From the NCBI RefSeq assembly GCF_036321535.1, contig NC_087461.1, forward strand, positions 17,050,001 to 17,114,000: a stretch of DNA of 64,000 bases, written 5' to 3'. Origin of the DNA: Camelus dromedarius. Lineage: Eukaryota. The notes under the pieces were generated by a model. The model was given only the letters and a program-made list of their open reading frames with translations. It ran no database searches and was not told where the DNA came from. Positions within the stretch are counted from its first letter, which is position 1. Every line of letters begins with the position of its first letter. The position numbers and the translations under genes were made by a program. Positions 11,231 to 22,630 of this stretch are shown one piece after another.

Positions 11231-11984
11231 CAAGGCCAGAGCTCTTTCTGGACACCAAGAGCCCTTCAGAATAGCCCTTCCATGTCTGCTTAGCACTGGG
11301 AGCCATGAGCGGTAGAGGGAAGATGAATTGTGATTAACGTCCCAAGTCCTGTGTTCCCCTTTTTAATTTAATTTTATAGTTTTGGGAGCTCTGTCGCAGG
11401 TTGTGGGAGCCCACAGAGATGGGCCACCAGTGGTTTGGTTTAATCCCCTTTTTAATATCTTTGTTTCAACGTTCTTTCCAATTCAACTCCCAAGTCACAT
11501 TAAAAAAATACCTCTTCCTTAGGGTAAGCCTCCTCTTATTAAACAGATGCAAATGAAAAGTTTTAAAGATAATTTGAACAATAAGAATCACTCTGCAGCT
11601 CCCAGCCGAAGCTCCTTTATTGCTGTGTTTATTCCCCAGTATTTCCTGTCTCATTCCCCAGCTCACTGAATCCTTCATCCCCCAACCCTTCCAGTCCCAG
11701 GCCCAACCACTGCTGCCTCCGGCCTTCTCCCTTCTTTCCCCTCCAGGGGGCTGGGGAGTCCAGTAGGGTCAGGGTGGGGGGGTTCTCACTTCCATCTGCC
11801 AATCTGCCTTCTAAGACTGTCCCATCAGTCCTGAGGGGCGACCAGGGAGAGCTGGAAAAGTGTCTGGAGGGAAGTTCCCACCTGGATGTGTGTCTCCAAG
11901 TGCATCATTTGCATCACAACTGTGGCCAGAGGTGGGGGTTGAGGGTTAGAGGGTGGAGGAGGGATCCTTGCTCAGAACACAGAT

Positions 11985-12100
11985 ACCTGGGCCCCTTTCT
12001 GGACCAACTGAACTGCCCTTTCCCCAAGAGTGCCCAGGAATCTGCATTTGAAACAAGCACCACAGGTGACTTGTGTATGTACTTGTAGAAAGTTCTCTTG
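11985..12100 (+). mobile_element. MER5A-like hAT fragment
   Basis: ctgggcccc...gcccaggaatctgcatttgaaacaagcaccacaggtgact. Confidence 0.5.
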
Positions 12101-12879
12101 GGGGTCAAACATGATGGACCCTCAGGCTTAAAAGGGATACAGCTTTGAGAAAGAGGCGTTGCAAAGAAAAGCGTGAAGAAAGGAGACTGACGTTTATTGA
12201 GCTCCAAATGGATGCCAGGGATGTTGAGAAAAATGGGCCATACTCTGCGTGAAGGCCTTTGATAAGGAATGAGACCAGCAGGAAGTCTAGGTCTGGCACT
12301 GGGGCAGCTGAGCGACTTCCCAGCGTTGCCTCCCTTAACCCCGGGTGGTGTCACCATCCCCACAGCACAGAGGCTGATACCTGGGTTTCAGCGACTTCCT
12401 GACCGTCCAACCCCAGCTGGCCAGCCCTGGGCTGTGAAGGGTCAGCGGGCTCCACGCCTGCAGCCAGCTCGCCTCTCCGCACCGCTCGTCTTTCTCGGTC
12501 TGTTGGTCGGAGCCGCTAACATTTGCATAGCGCTGGTTACAGTTCACCGAGCACTTTCGCATTCATCATCGCACTTAATCCTCACGCGGCCTGGAGAGTG
12601 GAGGAGGGGCGAGCCGGGAGTCAGTTTTCTGAAGGCCCTCTGCCCACCCTGCCCCCGACCTGAGAGGCTCTGCAGACAGAGCCCAGTGGGTTTCTGGGTA
12701 CCTTTGGGATGCCCAGGCCCTAGGATGGCAACTGAACCTGCAGCTTCTCCCAGCTGCTCCCTTCACTCCCAAACTGAAAAAAGTTGGCCCAGGCCCTTCA
12801 GGTTGTGAGAGAGGTGGACCCCACCCTCCTTCCCCCTTCCCTTTCTTCTTGCTGGTTTTCTACAAGGCTGTGGTGGCCT

Positions 12880-13060
12880 GTGCATGTGTGTGCTGGTTTG
12901 CATGGTGTATGCGCAAGGTGATGGGGTGTGTGTGCATGGCTGTAGTGTGTGTGTGCAGGGATGTGTGTGTGTGTGTGTGTGCATGGCTGTGTGCATGTAC
13001 ATGACCTCTGTGTACATGCACATAGGTTGGTGTGTGTGTGCATGGGTGTGGGGTGTGTAT
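12880..13060. repeat. Imperfect (TG)-rich simple repeat
   Basis: Interrupted TG/TGCA arrays. Confidence 0.9.
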
Positions 13061-14420
13061 GGGGAGAGGGACTCAGTGCAATTCAGTGAATCCCAGATCT
13101 GGAGAAGAGGACAGATGTAGCTTTGGCAGAGGTGGCTGTGTCCATTCCCTCCACATCAGGCAGGGACCACCCTGGGGAATAGAAGATGGGTCCCTGTTCC
13201 CCACACAGACAGGAAGACCCGGAAATGTCCACCAGCCTTGGTCAAGTGAGGGTGAGGGCCTACTGGGGGTGGTGCCAGGCCAAACGCCAGAGTCCCTGTC
13301 TCCATGATGGAGGCCACTCCTTGTCTGGGGCCCTTTGGTGCCTCCCCCCGCTCCCACATCTGTGGCTCCTGCAAGTCCCTGAGCGGGACACCCACCTGCC
13401 CACCGAGTTCTGCTTCTGCTGCCTTGTCCTCCTAGTCCCTGGCTGGCTCTCTGGCCTCTGCACCTTCTGTAGCTGAGACTCAAGAGAAGGGAAGTGAATT
13501 GCAGAAGGTCACCCCATCAGAAACGACAGAGATGGGGTTTGAATGCAGCTCTTTCTACGGCAGAGGCCGCACTCTTTCTCCCACTTCTGCTCTTTTGGAG
13601 GTGCAGGGTAGTGGCTAAGAGGAGGCTTGGAACACGTGGACTTGGGATCCAATCCTGCACCAACACCTACTCTCTTGGGTAAACTTGAATTCATCTTTCA
13701 AACTTCCTGAGCCTCCTTTTCCTCTCCCTAAACTGGGAAAGAAGATGCTACCCATTTCTTGTGGTTGTTGTGGGGACCAGGGTCAAATATACCTGGTACC
13801 CAGTAGACACAGCACAGATCCTGGCTCAGGCCTCAGACCCCTCCTCTCACTCCTCAGAACTGGAGAAAGCCTTCTCACCCACGGAAACCAGAGCCCAACA
13901 CGTGGCTGCTGAAATTTCTCCAGTGGTTTCCCTGTGCCGTTAGAGTAAAATCTTTTAGCATCACTCCAAGGCCTGGCAGGTTCTGATTCCCGCCTTTATC
14001 CCTGACCTCACTTCCTGTGAGCCCCTCCACCCGGCCCATTAATGTGCCCCGCACACTGGAGCATCAGTCCCATCTTTCCCACCTTGTTGACGTTTGCACC
14101 TGCTGTTCCCTGTGTCTGGAAAGCTCTTCCTTGTATTCTTTCCCTGGTTAAATGCTCATCATCCTTTAGGCCTCAGCTTAAATGCCCAAAGAGGCACTTC
14201 TTGCCCTCCTGACTTAAGTACTATCCCCCAGTGGACTCACACACAGCATTTCATTCTTGGTTTTCAGAGCAGTGTAGCTTAGTGGTTGAGAAGTGGCATC
14301 TGAACAGGGTTGCCTCAGTTCACCCACTTTGTCCCTTCTTCATTCTGGGACCTTGGGAAAACTTCCTAACTTCTCTGCCCCTTAGCTTCTTCATTTTAAA
14401 AACTGGGATAATTGTATCTC

Positions 14421-15083
14421 TGTGTCAGTTAGCTTTTGATATACAATCATCCCTTGGTATCCACAGGGGATAAGTTCCGGAACGCCCACAGTTACCAAAA
14501 TCTGCGGATGCTCCAGTCCCTTATATAAAACGGCCTAGTATTTGCATATAACCTCCACACACCCTCCTGTGTACTTTAAATCATCTCCTGATTACTTAGA
14601 ATACCTAGTACCATGTACCTGCCATGTAAACAATTGTAAAATACACTGTGAATGCTATGTAAATAGTTGCCAGTGTGCAGCAAATTCAAGTTTTGTTTTT
14701 TGGAAGTTTCTGGAATTTTTTTTCTGATATTTTTAATCCACAGTTGGTTGAATCCACAGATGCGGAACCCATAACCGTGAAGGGTCAGCTGTGTTAGAGG
14801 CACGGCTGGGCTGGGCTTGTCAGGAAGTGGCTCAGGCTCACCCACACATCTGTAGTCAGTTGGGTCTGGCTGACTGTCTGCTGAGGACCTTGGGGTTTTC
14901 CTCCATGGGCTGTGCCATCCTCCAGCAGGCTCTTCTGGGCTCGTTCATGTGGAGGTTGCTGAGTCCCAAGAGAAAGGAGCTCAAGCCCTTAACACCCAAG
15001 CCCTTTCCAAGTCTCTGCTTATTACTGAATCAAGATGGGTGGGAATGACCAGAGGGTCATAATGATCATCAGTCTTCATATCA
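14421..15083 (-). mobile_element. ERVL-MaLR solo LTR (MLT1 I/J-like), interrupted by a Tigger element
   Basis: Begins tgtgtcagttagctttt; internal ccatcctccagcaggct...gttcatgtggaggttgc...ccaagaga is typical of MLT1 antisense. Confidence 0.55.
14444..14791 (+). mobile_element. MER2/Tigger2-type TcMar-Tigger non-autonomous transposon, full length
   Basis: TA|CAATCATCCCTTGGTATCC...cccttatataaaacggcctagtatttgcatataacc...gatgcggaacccataaccgtgaagggtcagctg|TG. Both terminal repeats are present, with a TA-type target site. Confidence 0.8.
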
Positions 15084-16369
15084 CCCTGTTGGGGCTGTTG
15101 TGGGGATTAAAATGAGAATTTTGCTTGGAAGTGTTTAGTGCGGTGCCTGGCTGGTTAGTCAATTCTCCATAAACACTCATCCTTCTGATTTTGTGAACTA
15201 GAATTTGAGACATAGACATGTTAGGCAGCTTGCTTAAGATCTGGCCTCCCTTAAGCGGTGGGGATTTGAATCCAGTTTCTGCCTCCTCCCAGGGACTGAG
15301 CTCTTAGCCACTCGGCTCTGCTGCTCCACCCACGTAAATGTGTACAAAAGTCCATCTCACCTGCAGCCACGAGGCCAGTCTCCGGGTGGAGTGGAACCCT
15401 TCCCCAGCTTCCCTCTTCAATCAGCCGTGTTGCCTGGGCACCAGGCCTGGGTACCATGTTTGTCGTTGATCTGAAATGCCATAGCGGGAAGAAAATATTT
15501 GTTTTGGTGTTCTCTTCCAGCACTAACAATTTCCCGCTTGCATTTTTCTGTTGTTTGGCTCTGATGAATAGCAGTTTTCATCTTTGCTCTGTGTTACCAT
15601 GTACACAGAGCTGCTGTCGGGAGCTAACAGCATGCTTGCTTAGTCATTATTCTGGGAAGGGGTGCCAGCCAGTCAGTCGCCTTCATTTTTATATGACTCT
15701 GTACGCTGCAAATGCAGAAATGATGCACTCCACCCACAACCAGAGTCACCATCAGACACCTACCGTTCTGGAGGTGGGCACAACAGAGGTGGTGGTGATA
15801 GCTGGAGCCATGGCACTGATTCTGACTGTCTTCCTTTGTCAATGCCCGGAGCTGGGTTAATCTCCCCAAATGATTCCCTGTGAGAGAGTCTGAGGCAGAT
15901 TTTATGGTTTTTACCAACTCAAAGAAGAAAGCAAATAGCACGGGACAGGTGCCAGCATCAAAAAAACTTCTTAGGAAGAGAGGAGAAAAGATGGATTCCG
16001 GGAAATACAGGTGGGGCAGGCTTGCTGTTGAATCCAGCAAAGTTACGGGGAGGGTGGAAAATCTTTTGGTGAGTCCCAAGGTGGTCGCTGAGAGCTGTGT
16101 GGGGTCTGCCGTGGGGCTGCCTTACAGGCGTTGGGAGTTCTTAGAATCAGGCCAAGCAGCTGGTCAGTATCATCCGGTCAGTTCACAGGGATGCCAGGCC
16201 CCAGGTGTGGCATGAAATGAGAGGCCAGAAAATGGAATCAAAACCATTTTGGTTGCCGGTTGTAACCACTGAAGGAATTGGGCCGTCTTTGGCAACACAG
16301 CACTTGATTTCCAGAGTTCCAAGAAATGGACAAGGGTGAAGACAAGCTCGTGAGCCAGTCCATTCATTT

Positions 16370-16850
16370 ATTCGATAAATACTTACCGAGCTGGTGTTAT
16401 GTGCCCAGCACTGCTCAAGGTCCTGAGAACTCTTTGGTGAACAAGACACAGTCCCAACCCTCAGGGGGGATATATTGTTGTAGGGAGTAAAGGCGTAAAA
16501 ATACTATATGATGGTGATAAATATTAGGAAGAAAGTAAACAGATCGATGGAGCTGAGAGTGATGGAGTAAGAGCCAGTCAAGGGATGAGCTAGCATCCAC
16601 AGGAGGTGCAAAGGTCCTGGGGTTGGAATGAACTTGACATGTCAAAGAATAGTTATAAGACCAGAGTGGCTGGAATAAGAGGAGTCAAAGCAAGAGGGAG
16701 AGATGGGGCCACTTTGTGTGGCACCCTGAGGATCAGAAAGGAGTTTGAATTTTTATCCTATGTGTAGTGAGATTCCACATAAGGGATTAAGTAGGTGGAT
16801 GATTTGATCTAAGTTCTGAGAATGTCCTAGCTCTGTGGGCATACAGTTTT
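16370..16850 (-). mobile_element. L2 LINE fragment
   Basis: cattcatttattcgataaatacttaccgag...tgtgcccagcactgctcaagg...gagtttgaatttttatccta. Confidence 0.65.
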
Positions 16851-16999
16851 CTTGAACAACAACAAACAAAACAGCAAATAAATCATGTTTTCTTGGAGGG
16901 TGGAGAGGGCAGGTAGGGGAGACCCTTGCTCAGGGACTTGTAGCTGCGTGCTGAATCTTGATGGCAGCGAGGTATTTAATAAAGGCTGTCTTGGAGAAG

Positions 17000-17400
17000 T
17001 GGAGAGAGGATGATAGTGACTGGATTGATTTATTCCCCCAAAGTGTTGACCCAGGATTACTGTCAGACTCAGGGGAGGGTTTCTAGCAAGGTCCCTAAGG
17101 CTCAGCCCTGGACTCTCCTCTTCAACATTTCTATCTGTAAACTGGCGGGAGACTCCGAAGACTTGCCCATCAGACAGGCACGTGACACAGAGCTGTCAGG
17201 GACAGCTAATGCCATGGATGACAGGCTCAGGACTCGTGGTGATGGTCCTCCACAGGCAGGAGTGATGGGATGAGGCTGGCAATATCCCTCGTTGCATTCA
17301 GATTGGGGAACAAAGCCCAGCCATGGAGCAGGGAAGTAGCCCTGGAATGGAAGCCAGGTGGGGTGGGAGGGGGTAGTGAAGTCAGCCAGACCCAGCAACA
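17000..17400 (+). mobile_element. L3/CR1 LINE, decayed reverse-transcriptase segment
   Basis: ORF 17010..17273 contains VSSKVPKAQPWTLLFNISICKL...RDTELSGTANAMDDR, a decayed version of CR1 RT [23 protein letters not shown]...DDTKLGGVANTLEDR. Confidence 0.7.
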
Positions 17401-17989
17401 CCCCTACACCAGCCTCTTCACTTTCTCAGTGACAAGGTGACAAAGTCCTTCGCCTCTTTCAGGCTCATGTTTGTTTTCCATCTGTAAAGTAGGAGGATAC
17501 TGTCCATTGCCCAGGGGTGTGGAGAGGATTAAAGGCAAGCATACAAGTGAGGCCAGCCTCTCTCTGGCCTGTAGTGGATTCATGGCAGATGGAAAGGGAA
17601 TAGGAGTCTGTAGAGGCTGTCCCGGGGAGAGCTGGGTGCTCAGGGCCAGCCTTTCAGGGGCACACGAAGGACCCACAGCCAGATTGGCACTGCCTTTTCT
17701 GGGAATGCCAGCTTCCTAAGAGGCCCGTTGACCCTTGTAATGTGTCCAGAGGAGAATGACCAGGGAATACGAGCAGGGATTTTCATGCAGCCTCTGTGGA
17801 ATCCTCTCCGCCAGCCTGGCTCCTGGGTTGGGGAGGGGTAGGAGTGTCCTCTCAGTGCGGAGAAGGGACCACCTGTGGGGTGGTTTTTGGTACAGGGACC
17901 TCAGGACCTGTGGGTCTTTTAGAAGCTGCTTTGATTTCCCCTTGGAACCAGTACTTTAAAGGAGTCAGTGGTGAGACTTCTGTGTATAC

Positions 17990-18330
17990 ATCTATTGTAG
18001 AACATTTTTATTTTAGGGAAAAAAAAAAAGAAACCAAACACAGACAAAAACAGAGCAAATACTAGATCATGAACCCAAGTACCCCTCGCCCAGCCTTAAT
18101 GATGACCGACATAAGGCCAATTTGTTTTGTCCCCTCATCCCTCCCCCCTTGCTGGACTAAGTTTAAAGCCAATCCCAGACGTGATGTTATCTGTAAATAC
18201 TTTAGCAAGTATCTCTAAGAGATAGGGACTCCTTTTGTTGTTGTTTAAGTGGAACCACAATACCATTATCCCAATTTTTAAAAGGTAACATAATTGTGGT
18301 CTTTCTAATTCAGAAAATCTATTGGTATAT
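17990..18330 (-). mobile_element. Old L1 (L1MC-like) 3' end fragment
   Basis: aaagccaatcccagacgtgatgttatctgtaaatactttagcaagtatctctaagagatagggactc...accacaataccattatc. Confidence 0.6.
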
Positions 18331-20530
18331 GGCTTGCTTTGCAAGTTTTTTTGGGTGGGATGGGTGCGGGAAGAAGCAAAAACCTGTTCTTCAAATGCCA
18401 GGTTTCTGTGACTCGAGTCTCCCCTGTTCCCTTTGAGGAATGATGAAGAGGAAGATGGGGATCTACAACTCGGGGCTGTGGATTGGCAGCCTCTTTCTTC
18501 CAAGTGTTCCCAGGGACCCGGCAGTGAGAGTGGGGTCAATTTGTGGACCAAGTCTAGACATGGGAAGGAGGAAAGGATGGGAATAGGAGGGAGGGCAGGG
18601 GAGAGTGAGAGAGCAGAGTGGTGGCCTTGGCCTGATGGCCTCCGGGAGCTTCCAGGGCCCACCCACTCTAGCTGCCACTCACAGCTGCCGTGTGCCCAGT
18701 GCTTCCTGTGTGTACATCCGTGCTGAGCCCACACGTGGGTTACCACCCAGGGGGTGGGCACATTTAGTGCCCCGCCCATGTCACAGGTATCACGCCCCTG
18801 TCACAGGGGATCCCTGGGGTTGCAGGACCTGACATGACAGAAGCAGTGGAGCTGGATAGTGATCTCAGTCCATTTGGCTGGAGGCTACTTTTCCTGTCGC
18901 CACTCTCTGCCTCCAGACCTGATGAGGCTACCTGTGGGGCTGGTGTTCAGGAGGTGTGTTGCCTCACTTGTTAGAATAGCAACAAGCTCCCAAGTTTTTA
19001 ACTCTTCCCTGTGCTCCCCAAGTGCTCTGGCCACCCAGTACCTTTTCCAGGACCCCCTTGGTTGTCATAGGACCCAATAACTAAGGGGTTAGTGCCCAGC
19101 ACAGTCAGAAGCCTCTGGGACTACAACCTGCTCCCATTCTGATTGGTTGTCAAATACTGTTCCCTGGTTCTATGTGTGGTGACTGAGCCATTGTGTGCCT
19201 GCGCTGCACGTGTGTGTGTATGCCTGTGTGTGTGCGCGTGTGCTCATACAGAGCATTAGCAGGAAGGCGCATCCCTGCTGGGAACATTCCGTCGTCATTT
19301 CAGGTCTCACTGCACCTGCAGAATGGGTTGTCAGAGGAGGAATATGCTCTCAGCCTCCCCAAAACTCCAGTCATGGGGCACTTTCGTTTTTTCCTTGCCT
19401 CTTTTTCACCATTTTCACCACCTTCTCCCAGGGGTAGAGTGCCGAGCAGTTTCCAGAATGCTCTGTGTAGGCCACCTCATCCATCTTACACTGGATGGGG
19501 AGCCCACTCAGCAGGGACAGCAGATGGCTCTAAGCTGAGTGGCCATGGTCCTCCTGGAGTGCCAGGGTGCTGGTGGGGCAGGCTGGGCCACAAGCCAGGC
19601 CAGCAGGATTGCCACCCTCTCCCACATTGGAGAGAGCCAGCACTCAGCAGCCTAGAGTCCATGGGACCATCAGGCCCCATCAGGCTGATGCCAGCCAGCA
19701 AGGGTCCAGCTGGAGGCCAGTGTTCAGATGCAGGGAGATGCTTGTGAACTGGTACAGGGATCTAGCAATTGCTGGTGCTCCCAGGAGGTGGGGCCTGGTC
19801 TGGAGGCCGTGATCTATCTGGTCAGAGGGCCAAGCCAGCCAAGGTGAACGTGGGCATCCACAGAGCCACTGTGCGGAATTCAAGATCCAGGGGCCCTGCC
19901 AAACTGGCAGACGTGTAGACATACTAGCTGACACTTGTATTACCCTCATTCTGTGCCACATGTGGTCTGAAGCGTCTCTGCGATACCCCTGTTAGCCAGG
20001 AGACAGTGGTGACAAGATGCTGAGCAATGTGTCCAGGGTCACATAGATGGGAAGTGACAGAGCCGGGGTGTGAGCTCGTGCTGTTTGCCCCGCAGCCCCT
20101 GCTCTCACCCTGCCACCCTGCAGTGCGTCTGGGGGCTCCAGGACTCAGCCCCAGCCCTCCGGACAGCACGCTCAGAGCTGTTGGCTCAGTCTTGACCGCT
20201 TAGCTGCTAGTTTTTACTGCTTCAAGTCCTGGGCACGGCTGAACGGGGAGAGACGGGGGCTGAAATCCAGGCTCGGCTGTCTCAGCGTTTAGTACCGGGA
20301 GGGGACTCAGGTGTCCCGAATCCCAGAGCCTCACTCGCGGTACTGTGCCCACAGGTGTGATGTGGGAACTCGTGGAGGCCACTCTGGTCCATTTTCTCTC
20401 TTAAGAGGCAATAGGTTTCTCACACCTGGAAAAGACTTCTCCCCCCTCCTCCCCCGGGGCCTGCGCCCCACAGCAGAGCCACCCTCCGAGAGCTGGCACT
20501 GCAACCGTCCATTTTTTGACCTGTTTGCAG

Positions 20531-21225
20531 GGCTCTGGAGCTCACCAGCAGCAAAGATGAGATCTCCTTGTTGGTGGAGCAGGAGTTCTTGAGCCTCACC
20601 AAAGAGCACCTCATCCTAGTCACAGAGGGCTCAGGGGAGCTAGAGGCACTTGGCAGCTCTCCCGAGGGGCCCAGACTGTCGGCTCCCCGCCTTCTTATGC
20701 CGTCTCTGATGGCAGGCAGCAGTGAGCGCTCAGGAGCCTCCGTGATGGCCGGCGACAAGCTTCTGGAACCGAAGGTGGCCGTGTCCGTTATTGGCAGCCA
20801 GCAGGACTGTGACTCTGCCTTGCCTAAGGTCACGAGCATCCTGCGGGCTGCCAAGGTTAAGAGTGCCAAGGGGGCAGAGGACAGGGGCCGCAGCCTGGGG
20901 GCCTCCAACATGGAGATCGGCCAGCTCCTGTCGCAGTTCCCACTGAAGTCCACCGAAATGGCCAAGGTCCCCGAGGAGATGGTGTTGGAGGAGACCAGGG
21001 TCATCAAGGACTTCCTGCAGAACAGCATGTTTAGTGGCCCCGGACCCAAGGAGCCCGGGGGGCTGGGCCCGTTCCTGCTGCTGCCTCCCCCGCCTCCTCC
21101 CGCGCCTGTCGCCAAACTCGACAAGCTCCTAGAAATCCCTGCTCCGAAGAAGCAGCTCCCAGTGTTTGCCAAGATCTGCTCCAAGCCCGAGGCTGACCCT
21201 GCCGTGGAGGAGCACCGCCTGATGG
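20531..21225 (+). CDS. C1orf94: C1orf94 coding exon 2 (ALELTSSKDEISLLVEQEFLSLTKEH...EEHRLM)
   Basis: Acceptor ctgtttgcag|G at 20530, donor ATGG|GTGAGC at 21226. 695 nt, open frame, matches ORF 20568..21251. Confidence 0.95.
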
Positions 21226-22319
21226 GTGAGCGGGGCTGGGAGCGGGGCTAGGGAGTGGGCCTGCAGGGAGAGAAACTTACTGGAAAGCGGGTTGGGCTGC
21301 ATCCGGCACATGCGCAGAATAGAATGAGGTGGCCTTGCTGGTGAGCGCGGTCCCCAGGCGCAGGCTGTTTTCAGCCCCATAGGCCTCCTCTGCTGGATGC
21401 CCGTGTCCAGGGCACAGGTCGCATAGGCAGATACGATGCTAGCCCTGAATCCAGTGTTCTTTGGGAAGAGGGGTAGGCACCTTTGGTAACTGAACACAGT
21501 ATTTGAATCCACTGGCACCCAGAGTACATTGAAGGAAGCTTTTGCCCCCGCTGAGTCCAGAGGGACACTGCAACGTGGGGACTTTAAACCGGACAGGAGA
21601 GAAATTTGACTGGCTTCTGATGGCTGTACCTGTTCTGGCCACGAGGCCTGGTCCCCTCTCTCTGGGGCCGGCAGTGAATGTGTACCTTTTCCAAGTGTAG
21701 TTGAGACTGTTGACCCTGGGATTTGTTCCCAGGGATTCCAGGGTTTTGGAAGTGCTTTCCCAACCCTGTGTTGAGGAGTCCACATCCTCCCCAGGGAATC
21801 CAGCCACCTTCCAAGCTTCCCCCACCCAACTCCCAGGATTCTGCATCTTGTGCCTGTTCTGATCCAGCTACTTGGAATGGACGGTTCTGAGAAGGCAGAC
21901 TGATGGCAGTGGCATTTGGCTGCCGATAGCAGTCACTTGGAGGAGCCCAAAAGAAAAACTCCCCCCAGGCTGTGAGCATGGATGGGTAACTGAGAGACAC
22001 CTGTGTTGGGAGAGTCCAAACCCATCTTCCTAAGAAATAGGAGCGTGCTCACCTAGAGAACGTTCTGTGCTCTGAGCCTTGTAGGAAAGCCAAGGCCCCT
22101 GAGCTGTGGACAGAAAGCTGGACTCTGGGTCTCAGGCTGGCCTCTAGGAAACCGAGGACCCTGAGGATGATGGGCTCTATGTGTGAGAGGGTTGAGCCCT
22201 ATCTGGGGGAAGGGATGTCCCTCCCACCTCCTCCTCCAGGAGGGAGGCCTGGATGTCTCTCTGTCGGATGGGGCTGCTGGGTTGGAGGCAGTCCTGTCCT
22301 ACTCACCCTGCCACCATTT

Positions 22320-22630
22320 CTGTCTGTCTGTCTGTCTGTATGAAAAAGTGTGTGGGCAAAGGTGTGCCAAGGGGAGCTTTGCGGGGGTTTGTGTGTTTGT
22401 TAGAGAACACGTAGTGTGAGTGCATCTGAGTGTGACCACGGGTATGTGTTTGTGTGTGTCCGTTCTGTGGGTGGAATTGTGTGTGAGTGAGCCAAAGGAA
22501 TGACAGGCAGGAGTGTGTGTGGGTGTATATGTGTGCGTGGTGTGTATGTGTACACAGACGTTGGAAGAGTGAGCGGCAAGCATGTTTCAGGTGACTGGAG
22601 GTGTGTGTGTGTGTGACTGCAGGTGTGTGG
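22320..22630. repeat. Imperfect TG/TCTG-rich low-complexity region
   Basis: Interrupted TG arrays. Confidence 0.8.

Larger units (their letters stand above)
14270..15185 (+). mobile_element. MIR split into 14270-14420 and 15084-15185 by nested insertions
   Basis: First half ends ...aaactgggataattgtatctc; second half resumes ccctgttggggctgttgtggggattaaaatgag...gtgcctggc. Confidence 0.6.

Noticed and set aside
15637-15647. ARE/MAF-like TGCTTAGTCAT in a non-repetitive part of intron 1
   Set aside because: A single 11-mer match is expected by chance in 64 kb, and there is no supporting cluster.
17010-17273. RT-like ORF, possibly a domesticated gene (also 39771-39953)
   Set aside because: The catalytic DD motif is destroyed (ARDT, MEDT) and the fragments are short. 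They are ordinary L3/CR1 fossils.
20144-20170. REST/RE1-like bipartite site CTCAGCCCC-N8-GGACAGCACG
   Set aside because: Mismatches in both halves and non-canonical spacing; too weak without ChIP data.
20420-21184. 254-aa antisense ORF overlapping exon 2
   Set aside because: Typical stop-poor shadow frame of a GC-rich coding exon, with no independent homology or splice support.
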